A stretch of 64,000 nucleotides of DNA from Octopus sinensis. Lineage: Eukaryota. The stretch lies in contig NC_043007.1 in NCBI RefSeq assembly GCF_006345805.1, positions 9,734,001-9,798,000 of the forward strand, in the 5' to 3' direction. Positions 1 through 10,797 of this stretch are shown piece by piece. The position numbers and the translations under genes are program-made. Position 1 is the first letter of the stretch. Each line of letters starts with the position of its first letter. Below the pieces are notes generated by a model, which was not told the DNA's origin, did not search any database, and saw only the letters and a list, made by a program, of their open reading frames with translations.

Positions 1-300
1 GTTAGGGTTAGGGGTGGGGGAAGGGTATCTTTTTTCTTCAGAAATGTAAATAAACCCAATCTGTTTCTTAAACGAGGGACATATTCATACGGCACACATA
101 TTTTTCACCTCAATAGACGTCATTGGTTGGTTGAAATTGCAGAAATTGAAGAAAAAACAACAAATATCTTACAAACTATAGAATTTTCTCAATAAAGCCA
201 AGAGAAAAAGATGTTTCATAAACACATTCTACCAGTATACGAAGTTTAAGTGTTTAGTTACGTGGAAATTATTTTAAAAAACTGCCGTTCAAACCGAAAA
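1..300. mobile_element. Right part of Merlin-like non-autonomous DNA transposon (same family as 1964-2681), truncated by window start
   Basis: Near-identical to 2065-2385; ends in partial TIR ACTGCCGTTCAAACCGAAAA (281-300). Confidence 0.75.
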
Positions 301-819
301 AAAACGAGATTTCTTTCTAAAAAACTATTAGAAAAAAAAAGCCAATAATATTCTTACCTGCAAGAGATTTTCAAAGAAACCAACACCGTTTCTTTGGGTC
401 TGCTTTCGTCCGTCAATATACAAGAGTTAGATCTCATAATGTTCTTGAATAAATTACAAACGATGTTAAAGTACTGAGTTTAGATTATAGAAAGCGAAGA
501 TTAATTTCATTAAAATATATAGTCTTCTGAAAAAGGTATTTCCTTTGTTGGTTTGTTTGTTTTTTTGTGGTTTATTTGCTTTTTTAATAAATATCCATAA
601 TGTAAGATCCTAAAATGAATGGGAGAATATTTGAAAGCTTAAGTCTTTGGTAAAGAAAAGTGCATTGAGGTGAAAGAGTAGCAGCGAAAGCGTTTTTGGT
701 TTTTTAATGTACCCCCAAAGTAAATTTGTCTTAACTGGATGATTGCGACATAAAGTTATATAAAACTTAGCTTCTTATGAAACAGCTGTCGTAGGCTGGA
801 TTTCGAATATGAATAGTAT

Positions 820-1200
820 TTGAAATATCATAATTGTAGTAGTTCTGACGGTGTCGGTGATAATAGGAGCGGCAGTAGCAGTTGTGGTGGCGGTTATAGT
901 AGTAGTAATGGTGTAGTGGCTGTGGCGATAGTGGTTGTGGTAGCAGTTGTAGCAGTAGTTGGTAGGCGTGGTAGGCGTGGTCGTCGTCGACTTCGTTGTG
1001 GTGGTAAGTGTAGTAGTAGTAGTAGTAGTAGTAGTAGCCGTGGTCGTAGTCGTCGTCTTCGTTGTGGTGGTAAGTGTAGTAGTATTAGTAGTAGTAGTAG
1101 TAGTAGTAGTAGTAGCCGTGGTCGTAGTCGTCGTTGTGGTGGTAAGTGTAGTAGCAGTAGTAGTAGTAGTAGTAGTGTGGGTGGTGGAGGTGGAAAGTGA
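820..1200. repeat. Compound GTA/GTG/GTC trinucleotide low-complexity tract
   Basis: Runs of AGT/GGT/CGT; ORFs on both strands are homopolymeric. Confidence 0.9.
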
Positions 1201-1907
1201 ATATCAACCAATTAAACGAAACACTCCAACGAACAAGGAAGTCTACGCTTTTCTGTTGATACACGCTTAACAACAGCCGCCAAAAACCTTAGCTTCCAAA
1301 TCACACCCTGGTAATTTGAATATACACGCACATGCACACACTGGTTTTTCCTATTTGTAGAGAGCAAATAAAGAAAATTAAACGGGATGCTAGTTGATAG
1401 AACGCCTTTAATCTGTTAGATTCACCTGTAATCAGATTCTGTTAGGTGTGAACCTGGATCTGAAAAAAACCTAAACCCGGATATAGCATGACAGGTGAGA
1501 AATATGCCAAGTCACTTTTCATTCTCGTCAGGCTTGGCTGCACACACAAAAAAAATGCACCGGTGAGTCAGCTTTCTGGTATGTTTTCTTTTATTCGCTT
1601 GCTTGTTTTCAGACAGTAGACTGCAGTCATACTGAGGCACCGCCTTCACGGGCGCAGTCCTTCACGGATACAATCAATAGAATCGAACCCAGTACTTATT
1701 TTTTTAATCTAGTATTTATTCTCTTGGGCTCTTTTGCAAAACTGCTAGTTAAGGAGACCTACACAGACTAACACTGTTGTCGAGAGGCTGGTAACACACA
1801 TGCACACTCAAAACGTGCACACACATAGACATGCACAGAGTTATGGTCTGCCAATTTCACTCGCAAGGCATTAGTAGGACCTATGTCTATAGTAGAAGAC
1901 ACTAGAC

Positions 1908-2889
1908 CACTTGTTCTTATCTGGAGTCCATATGACCCCTGGGGGTTTCATATAAGATTTTGTGGATCTTTTCGGTTTGAACGGCAGTATTTTCTAGCGG
2001 TGTCATATGAAATTGTCACCCATAATTATGACCCTAATATCGATCTATTGCATTTCAATCTGTTTTAGGGTTAGGGTTAGTTAGGGTCAGGGGTGGGGGG
2101 AAAGGGTATCTTTTTTCTTCAGAAATGTAAATATACCCAATCTGTTTCTTAAATGAGAGACATATTCATACGGCACTGAATGTTTTCACCTCAAAAGACG
2201 TCATTGATTGGTTGAAATTGCAGAAATTGAAGGAAAAAAAAACAACAAATATCTTACAAACTATAGAATTTTCTCAATAAAGCCAAGAAAAAAAGATGTT
2301 TTATAAACACATTCTACCAGTATACGAAGTTTAAAAGTGTTTAGTTACGTGGAAATTATTTTTAAAAACTGCCGTTCAAAAGGAAAAGATCCAATATCTT
2401 ACAAACTATAGAATTTTCTCAATAAAGCCAAGAAAAAAAGATGTTTTATAAACACATTCTACCAGTATACGAAGTTTAAAAGTGTTTAGTTAACTAGAAA
2501 TTGTGTTGAAAAGTGCCGTTCAAAAGGAAAAGATCCAATATCTTACAACCTATAGAATTTTCTCAATAAAGCCAAGAAAAAAAGATGTTTTATAAACACA
2601 TTCTACCAGTATACGAAGTTTAAAAGTGTTTAGTTACGTGGAAATTATTTTTAAAAACTGACGGTCAAACCGAAAAGATCCGATTTTGTTATTATAATTT
2701 ATCTGCAATAAATTGTTTATACTTCAACAATATTCAAAGTATCTCAATATTTTTTTTATAATTCCTAATAATATTCAATATTAAAAATATATTGGAATTT
2801 TATTAAAATTTCAAATGGCAATAGGAGTCCATCCGAGTAAAAGAGCAATTAAAGGGGGTCTATAGGCCAAAATTGGTTGAGAAACACTG
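1908..2889. mobile_element. hAT-like MITE containing a nested Merlin-like MITE
   Basis: Right TIR TTGAGAAACACTG; degenerate left TIR; 8-bp TSD CACTAGAC/CACCAGAC (1900-1907, 2890-2897). Confidence 0.65.
1964..2681. mobile_element. Non-autonomous DNA transposon, Merlin-like, with internal TTAGGG motifs and 3 x ~145 bp subterminal tandem
   Basis: 25-bp TIR GGATCTTTTCGGTTTGAACGGCAGT / ACTGACGGTCAAACCGAAAAGATCC; perfect 8-bp TSD GATTTTGT (1956-1963, 2682-2689); GG termini. Confidence 0.85.
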
Positions 2890-3082
2890 CACCAGACCAA
2901 CGTGTCGCACCTCGGGATTGAACGCGAACCCATATAGTTAGAAAGTGAAGTTCATAACCTCACTGCCATGCCTTGCTCCTGTAATATAATTGTTTCAAAA
3001 TTTAGTAAAGGGCCAATTATTTTTTGAAGGAGGAGGAAGTCGATTACATCACCCCCGTATTATTACTTATTTTATTATTTAT

Positions 3083-3410
3083 GCGCCCTTTTCAAGCCTA
3101 GCCAGGCTCATGGGCCCGGTTTCCCGGTTTCTGTGTCCCCCCCCCAGCTGGAAGGGACGCCAGTCCATTGCAGCGTTACCCAAGAAACAGGAAGAAAGAG
3201 TGAGAGGAAGAGTACAACAGGGGTCGCCACCCTCCCCTGCCGGAGCCTTGGTTCCGGCAGAAGGTAATGGCGAACTTCTGCTGACTCTTTCGCCACAACT
3301 TTCTCTCGCTTTCGCTCAATAAACACACACAACACTCGGTCTGGGAACCGAAACCGCGATCCTTCGACCGCGAGTCCGCTGCCCTAACCACTGGGCTATT
3401 GCGCCTCCAT
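3083..3410 (-). mobile_element. SINE family C (tRNA-derived head, V-domain-like core)
   Basis: Head GGAGGCGCAATAGCCCAGTGGTTAGGGCAGCGGACTCGCGG; core GGACTGGCGTCCC resembles the V-SINE domain as recalled. Confidence 0.85.
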
Positions 3411-3677
3411 ATTATTATTTATTAATTAATATTTATTTATTTATTTATTTATTTATTTATTATCCCTATTTACGATATCATAAGTACTATTCTTTTTCTA
3501 GATATATTAGTAATTCTTGTTTTATTTTAGTACAAGCTTCGTTTCACTACTATTCAAACACCCTGGTTCCTCTTTATATAGTAATGACCCGTAAATATTT
3601 CCCTAGACCATTACTAGTTCACTCTTTTGCCTATTGACTTCAAGCCCCACGCTGCAAAATGGCGTGATTTTAATATA

Positions 3678-3901
3678 TATTTCTTTACTACCCACAAGGA
3701 GCTAAACACAAAACAAGGACAGACAAACGGATTAAGTCGATTATATCGATCCCAGTTCGTAACTGGTACTTAATTTATCGACCCCGAAAGGATGAAAAGC
3801 AAAATCGACCTCGGCGGAATTTGAACTCAGAACGTAACGGCAGATGAAATACGGCGACGCATTTCGCCCGACGTGCTAACGTTTCTGCCAGCTCACCACC
3901 C
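3678..3901 (-). mobile_element. SINE family B (tRNA head, Sauria/Meta-like central domain)
   Basis: A-box-like GAGCTGGCAGAAACG, B-box GAGTTCAAATTCC, core TTTCATCCTTTCGGGGTCGATAAATTAAGTACCAG. Confidence 0.9.
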
Positions 3902-4322
3902 TTAATTGATTTTAATATATTGAGCCTTCTGGCCTCTTCGCGAGGCTCTGTTCTTTCCTCTTCCCTCTTCCCTTCGTTCATTTTATTTTTGCGCATATGT
4001 ACTCACTCAGATGAAGCTCCATGTACTAGATCGAATGTGCTGTGGAGATGACGAATATTACTTTCGGAATTTCTTTTGTAAGCACCGACTAACATTGGAA
4101 TCGGAAACGGCCGTAAGAAATGTCATGTCATGGTTTGTATTAAAAAAATAATCAACCGATGTGGCTCAATTTATTTGTTGATCAAAAGTTTTCTCCATTT
4201 TCTGATTAATGCGTGTGTGTGTGTGTGTCTCCCTTGTCAGTCGTTAGAAAAGTACTCTCACGTAGCTAAGAGTTGCTTTGACTCTTATTTCTGGCAATCC
4301 TGGTGCTAACTGCGACCTTAAT

Positions 4323-4407
<85 letters not shown>

Positions 4408-4420
4408 TAGACAGATAGAT

Positions 4421-4724
4421 GTGGAGACACATGGTTAGAGCAGCGGACTCGCGGTCGAGGGATCACGGGTTCGAATCTCAGACCGGGTGATGTGTGTGTT
4501 TATGAGCGAAAACACCTAAGCTCCACTTGGTTCCGGCAGAAGGTAATGGCGAACTTCTGCTGACTCTTTCGCCACAACTTTCTCTCGCTCTCTCCTCCTG
4601 CATCTTGCAACTCACTTGCGACGGACCGGCGTCCCGTCCAGGTGGAGAACCTATACGCCAAGAAACCGGGAATCCGGCCCTTATGAGCCAGGCATGGCTC
4701 GAGAAGGAACAAACAACAGCAACA

Positions 4725-4725
<1 letters not shown>
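4421..4725 (+). mobile_element. SINE family C variant within (GATA)n
   Basis: GGTTAGAGCAGCGGACTCGCGG head, GGTTCGAATC B box, GGACCGGCGTCCCGTCCAGG core. Confidence 0.85.
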
Positions 4726-4803
<78 letters not shown>

Positions 4804-4829
4804 TACACATACATAAATACAGTCATACA

Positions 4830-5570
4830 TACGTACTGATGAGACATGACGTTGTTGCTAGGACACTTTAATGAAATCCGTCGGAAGGATAACACCGAGA
4901 ACAAAGAAAGAAGAACCCACAATATGGTAGAAGCCATAGCCACTCATAATAAAAAGGTGTACCGGTGGAATATCCCAGTGAAGGCCTAAATAAAATGTAA
5001 GCGCAACAGACCTGATATAATGATTTGGGATAGAGAAGAGAAACTGTGCACAGTTGTGGGGATTAGCTGCCCAGCGGATGTTAACATCTGTGAAAAAGAG
5101 AACATCTACGCTGAACTATTTAGAAATCTGCGGTTACTCTATCCAAATTACAAGTTAAGGTTTATACCTGTAATTATTGGGTCCCTGGGATGTGTGACAC
5201 ACTGCCTAAATACCAATCTTGCGAAATTAGGCTTCTCTAATCCAGAAAGGAGAAAACTAATTCGAAGATTGCAGGTTCAATCCATCACTTGAACTGTAAA
5301 AATTTGTAAAACTTTCCAGAAGTTTATCATTTAAGTATATATGAGCATGTCTAGTTATGTAACTATATGCATGAGAATACATACAAATCTGCATACATAC
5401 ATACATACATACATACATACATACATACATACATAATACATACATACATACATACACAAATACCCTGTTGTTGATGTTGTAATTCTAATGAAGGCGCCTT
5501 GAATCTAGTTTAGAAACCGGCTCTTTCCCTATTGGCAAGAAATTTTGAAATAAAACTGAACAATGACATA
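4830..5570 (+). mobile_element. 5'-truncated R4/Dong-type non-LTR retrotransposon (restriction-like endonuclease end plus 3' UTR), pseudogenised
   Basis: NRPDIMIWDREEKLCTVVGISCPADVNI (PD..D/E RLE motif), IPVIIGSLG; ends AACTGAACAATGA then (CATA)n. Confidence 0.85.
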
Positions 5571-5659
5571 CATACATACATACATACATACATACATACA
5601 TACATACATACATACATACATACATACATACGTCTTAACTTTATTTTTTTAGATTTGGC

Positions 5660-6028
5660 TCATTAGGGATTGTGAAAGGAAACAAAATAAACTCCGAACA
5701 AAAGAAATTTGTCCAAAGTGCTACTGGAAGTTTGAAACACAGTCGAAGTGCAAAGACACTTTATGAGGGTGTTTACCATCACTCGAATTAGAGATAAATT
5801 TGAAGCGGATGTAACTGTTCAGAATGTCTACAAGAAACGTTCCCGAAATTGCGATCGTCGACAAGCCCCACAAACCAAAAAAGGGTCCTAGAAACATATT
5901 GTCAGAGTTCAAGAAAATATATTCAGCAAGTGAATCGTGAGAGAAGAATTTCAAAATCAAACGTCCATCGTATTTCGAATGGTGTTTATTCCTGGTATAA
6001 CCCATGATCTGAATGAAGATGATCCTCC
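5660..6028 (+). pseudogene. Tc1/mariner-superfamily transposase N-terminal fragment
   Basis: Translates to TITRIRDKFEADVTVQNVYKKRS...HDLNEDDP, with stops. Confidence 0.65.
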
Positions 6029-6380
6029 GACCGCGAGTCCGCTGCCCTAACCATTGGGCCATTGCGCCTCCACTGTTGTCATGGTAGGTGACCAGGGTTG
6101 CCGGGTGTCCGAATAAGAATACAAGAGTCAAGGAATGGAGCAGATGAGATCATAGCTGCATGTTTCAAAGCGAACGGAAATTCGGAAGTGGTAAATATCC
6201 AAGCGAGATATATACTACAGGCTACTCTTCAGGCCTAGAATATCTTGATTAGATGAAGGTTTACATTGTCGCAGGGAGGTACATGTTAACACATTGAAAG
6301 ATTCAATCAGATTGTGTCGAGAGCACAGTAGGATAGATATAAAAGAAGAGTGAGAGGAATGAGGAATTTAAGCAAGGTCC

Positions 6381-6535
6381 GAGTGGCTGTGTGGTAAGTA
6401 GCTTGCTTACGAACCACATGGTTCCGGGTTCAGTCCCACAATGTGGCACTTTGGGAAAGTGTCTTCTACTATATCCTCAGGTCGACCAAAGCCTTGTGAG
6501 TGGATTTGGTAGACGGAAACTGAAAGAAGCCCGTC

Positions 6536-6631
<96 letters not shown>

Positions 6632-6872
6632 GTGTATGTATGTGTGTATGTGTTTGTGTATTTGTGTTTATCCCCCAACATCGCTTGACAACCGGTGCTG
6701 GTGTGTTTACGTCCCCGTGACATAGCGGTTCGGCAAAAGACAGACCGATAGAATAAGTACTGGGCTTACAAAGAATAAGTCCTGGGGTCGATTTGCTCGA
6801 CTAAAAGGCGGTGCTCCAGCATGGCCACAGTCACATGACTGAAACAAGTAAAAGAGTAAAAGAGTAAAGAGA
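6381..6872 (+). mobile_element. SINE family A (tRNA head, CORE-like segment, central (TA)n(TG)n, LINE-type tail)
   Basis: GAGTGGCTGTGTGGTAAG...GGTTCAGTCCC; GGCACTTTGGGAAAGTG; tail GGCGGTGCTCCAGCATGGCC...GAAACAAGTAAAAGAG. Confidence 0.9.
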
Positions 6873-6947
6873 GGAATAAGGAAAAAAGAAATAATATGAG
6901 TGAGAAGAATGAGGAATTTAAGCAAGGTCATTTGACAGGTAGTAATC

Positions 6948-7357
6948 TATTTCTTTACCGCCCACAAGGGGCTAAACACAGAGAGGACAAACAAGGACAG
7001 ACAAAGGGATTAAGTCGATTATATCGACCCCAGCGCGTAACTGGTACTTATATAATCGACCCCGAAAGGATGAAAGGCAAAGTCGACCTCGGCGGAATTT
7101 GAACTCAGAACGTAACGGTAGACGAAATACTTATTTCTTTACTACCCACAAGGGGCTAAACACAGAGAGGACAAACAAAGACAGACAAACGGATTAAGTC
7201 GATTATATTTCGACCCCAGTGCGTAACTGGTACTTAATTTATCGACCCCGAAAGGTTGAAAGGTAAAGTCGACCTCGGCGGAATTTGAACTCAGAACGTA
7301 ACGGTAAACGAAATACCGCTAAGCACTTCGCCCGACGTGCTAACGATTCTGCCAGCT
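6948..7357 (-). mobile_element. SINE family B with duplicated body
   Basis: One head at ~7357 followed by two B-box/core/tail bodies. Confidence 0.85.
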
Positions 7358-7910
7358 CAATCAATAGGGCTGCTTTGACCGGATCACAGAAACTGGCAAG
7401 GGGAGTGGTACTTGAAAAAGAGATAATGTGGAGGGAAGAGGGTGAGGAAATGTTATTGATCAAGGTGGGGGAGGGCGGACTGTGCATGAAGAAAACAAGA
7501 GAGAATGAGGAATTTAAGTACGGTCACTTGACCGGTAGTATTCAATAGGGCTGTTTTGGCCGAAACATAGAAATTAACAAGGGGAGTGGTATATGAAAAA
7601 AATAATGTGGAGGGAAGAGGGTGAGGAAATGTTTTTGATCAATGTGGGGGAGGGCGGAATGTGCATGAAGAAAACAAGAGAGAATGAGGAATTTAAGTAC
7701 GGTCACTTGACCGGTAGTATTCAATAGGGCTGTTTTGGCCGAAACATAGAAATTAACAAGGGGAGTGGTATATGAAAAAAATAATGTGGATGGAAGAGGG
7801 TGAGGAAATGTTTTTGATCAAGGTGGGGAGGGCGGAATGTGCATGAAGAAAACAAGAGAGAATGAGGAATTTAAGTACAGTCATTTTGACCGGTAGTATT
7901 CAATAGGGCT
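7358..7910. repeat. 179-bp tandem repeat, ~3 copies
   Basis: TTGACCGGTAGTATTCAATAGGGCT recurs at 7528, 7707, 7886. Confidence 0.9.
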
Positions 7911-8333
7911 ATATATATATATAGCGGAAATTTTCAGCAGTCAGATCACTACACCCGATGCCGTGATTCACTAGAACATTTATTATCCTCGTGATAACAA
8001 TAAGATCTAACCAATCACGACATCGCGTGATTGACAACCAAGCCACTGGTGGTTGTGTTACACACCCTTGTACAGAACTGACAGCTAAAACCGTTACCGG
8101 CAATAGCCGGCCGTAGTTGTAACTAGACTTCATGTACTTTTGCATGTCGGTTAAGTCCTCCCGCTGAATTACACTCCCTTCTACACTCACTTCTACAGAT
8201 ATGATTAGTATGGCCCCGGCGACGAGTTCGTCTTTTGGCGCGCTTCTTTCTGAACCTAACCATCAGTATAAATTCAGCACATCTTAATTACTTGACAGAA
8301 AGCTTGAAGAGAGCATTAACAGAAACCATAGTA

Positions 8334-8910
8334 AAAGGCGACGAGCTGGCAGAAACGTTAGCACACCGGGCGAAATGCTTAGCGGTATTTCGTCTGCGTT
8401 ACGTTCAGAGTTCAAATTCCGCCGAGGTCGACTTTGCCTTTCATCCTTTCGGGGTCAATAAATTAAGTACCAGTTACGCACTGGGGTCGATATAATCGAC
8501 TTAATCCGTTTGTCTGTTCTTGTTTGTCCTTTCTGTGTTTAGCCCCTTGTGGGTAGTAAAGAAATAGGTATTTCGTCTGCCGTTACGTTCTGAGTTCAAA
8601 TTCTTCTGAGGTCGACTTTGCCTTTCATCCTTTCAGGATCGATTAAATAAGTACCAGTTACGCACTGGGGTCGATATAATCGACTTAATCCGTTTGTCTG
8701 CCCTTGTTTGTCCTCTCTGTGTTTAGCCCATTGTGGGTAGTAAAGAAATAGGTATTTCGTCTGCCGTTACGTTCTGAGTTCAAATTCCGCCGAGGCCGAC
8801 TTTGCCTTTCATCTTTTCGGGATTGATAAATTAAGTACCAGTTACGCACTGGGGTCGATGTCCTTGTTTGTCCCCTCTATGTTTAACCCCTTGTGGGCAA
8901 TAAATAAATA
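8334..8910 (+). mobile_element. SINE family B with one head and three tandem bodies
   Basis: 13-bp TSD AGAAACCATAGTA (8321-8333, 8911-8923). Confidence 0.9.
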
Positions 8911-9190
8911 AGAAACCATAGTAGACGGCCAACAGAGATGGCGAACAGCAGCTGACCCGAGCTGACAACAACCACAATGAACAATCGGCGGCAGCTGCAC
9001 TTCGACTAACAGGTAGCTGCTTGACTGCTACTACAATTACACCAAGAACAATAACGTTTGAAATTCTCTCAACACTTTGTAGTTTGTAGTAACAAAAACT
9101 TTTACTCTTTATTAACAGGATGAATAAACTCATACTGTTTATTCATCCTGTTGGAAAAATTCTCAACAGATTCAGTGTTCTTCATACTTA

Positions 9191-10072
9191 TACAGAGTGC
9201 GGTGAGTAAACTGTCGTCTAAATTACACAAAAATGAAAATAACACTGACATCTCATTTTAACAAAGATATCTACCAAAATTACATAATAATATCTTGAAA
9301 TACTAAAAATGAAATATATTCAATAAAATCGCCCTTTTGCTTCAACCAAGGTCTCCAGACGACTTCGGAAACTCCTGCAACTCTTCTGGACGGTTTCCTT
9401 GTTTAGGTTGGTTAACGTTGCCATAATCCTTGCCTTCAGTTCATCTATTGTGTTACAAGGAGTCTTATCGGTCTTTCATTCAACTGCGCCCCACACAAAT
9501 TAAGCAAGAGTGTTGCAGTCTGGGAAGTTAGGTGACCAGATGTTAGGGGCGATGTGGTCTCAGAAATTGTCTGACAGCCATGATTGGGTTCTCCTTGTGT
9601 GGTACAGAGCGGAGTCATGTTGCAAGATATAGGGTGTTCCAGCAGCCTGCTTCTTGACCCAGGGAAGTACACCTCCCCCAGGCACTTGATGTAGGCCTCT
9701 GTGTTGAGTCTGAGGCCGAGTGAGAAAATGAATGAAGGCATAACGACACCATCACTAGTGATCACCAAACACCATGGTGTTAACTGGATGTTTGATTTTA
9801 TCACTCTCGGTAAATGTTCTCAGATTGCATTGTCCTCAGATTGACACTCAAATACTCTGAAATGTTCATATTGGAGCTTCCAGCGCGAATGCCAGGCAAT
9901 ACACCATGTCGTTTCCAAAATTCTGGCAGAGTGAATTACGTCATGGTGCTGTTTTTCTCGCAGACGGTGCTCAACTGACCCTACTATACTGTGTAGTTGA
10001 CAAAATCAAAAAGATACAATGCGCAGGCGAAAAATTAAAAATATAAAATGGCTGAAATTTACCCATCGCCCC

Positions 10073-10077
<5 letters not shown>
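9191..10077 (-). mobile_element. Internally deleted Tc1/mariner-superfamily element (maT/DD37D-like)
   Basis: Degenerate TIRs ACAGAGTGCGGTGAGTAAA / TTTACCCATCGCCCCCTGT; ITSDGVVMPSFIF..LRLNTEAYIKCL. Confidence 0.8.
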
Positions 10078-10133
<56 letters not shown>

Positions 10134-10164
10134 CGTGCGTGTGTGTGTGTGTGTGATATACTCT

Positions 10165-10460
10165 CCTGTCGAGGACGACGTATGAGCGTTCAGTTTTTGC
10201 CGAACGACCTGAACAAATGATTTGTTTATAGTGATGAAAGGTATGTGTCGCACTTTAGCTCACTCTCTCCATCGAATCGACGTTGTCCTAAACAGGTGTA
10301 CTGTGAACCATGCGTGTCAGGTGTCGAAGTGATCGCAGAGCAACGTGAGATGAAGTGTTTTGCTCAAAAACACAGCGCACCACCCGGTCTAGGAATTGAA
10401 ACCACGACACCGCGATCATATGTACAACACCCTAACCACTAGGTCATGCACCCTCACATA
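10165..10460 (-). mobile_element. Degenerate tRNA-headed SINE (family D-like head)
   Basis: Reverse strand reads TAGTGGTTAGGGTG...GGTTTCAATTCCTAGACCGGG...GTGTTTTTGAGCAAAACACTT. Confidence 0.6.
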
Positions 10461-10469
10461 TAGACAGAC

Positions 10470-10537
<68 letters not shown>

Positions 10538-10600
10538 TCTACGATGAGGCGTCTACCATTGCGCAAAATACAGTGTATATGTGTATGTATATTTATATAT

Positions 10601-10751
10601 AGGCATAGGAGTGGCTGAGTGGTAAGTAGCTTCCTTAGGAACCACATGGTTCCGGGTTCAGTCCCACTGCGTAGCACCTTGGGCAAGTGTCTTCGACTAA
10701 ACCAAGACCTTGTGAGTGGATTTGGCTGACGGAAACTGAAAGAAGCCCGTC

Positions 10752-10797
<46 letters not shown>

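Larger units (their letters stand above)
1590..2975 (-). mobile_element. Degenerate SINE family A split by a hAT MITE (host pieces ~1590-1907 and 2890-2975)
   Basis: Diverged match to SINE A; CTATAGTAGAAGACAC before the insert and head remnant after it. Confidence 0.6.

Noticed and set aside
422-434. 13-nt match to my recollection of miR-750 (AGATCTAACTCTT on minus)
   Set aside because: No hairpin, flanks do not match, and seed position 2 is unpaired if read as a target; likely chance
820-1273. Ser/Gly/Arg-, Val- and Leu-rich ORFs
   Set aside because: Trinucleotide low-complexity read-through, open on both strands
2064-2100. TTAGGG repeats (also 1-12) as telomere or interstitial telomere
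   Set aside because: Only 2-4 imperfect units, at a fixed position inside a MITE
4836-4842. CTGATGA as a hammerhead core
   Set aside because: No stem II or GAAA follows; it is part of the LINE coding region
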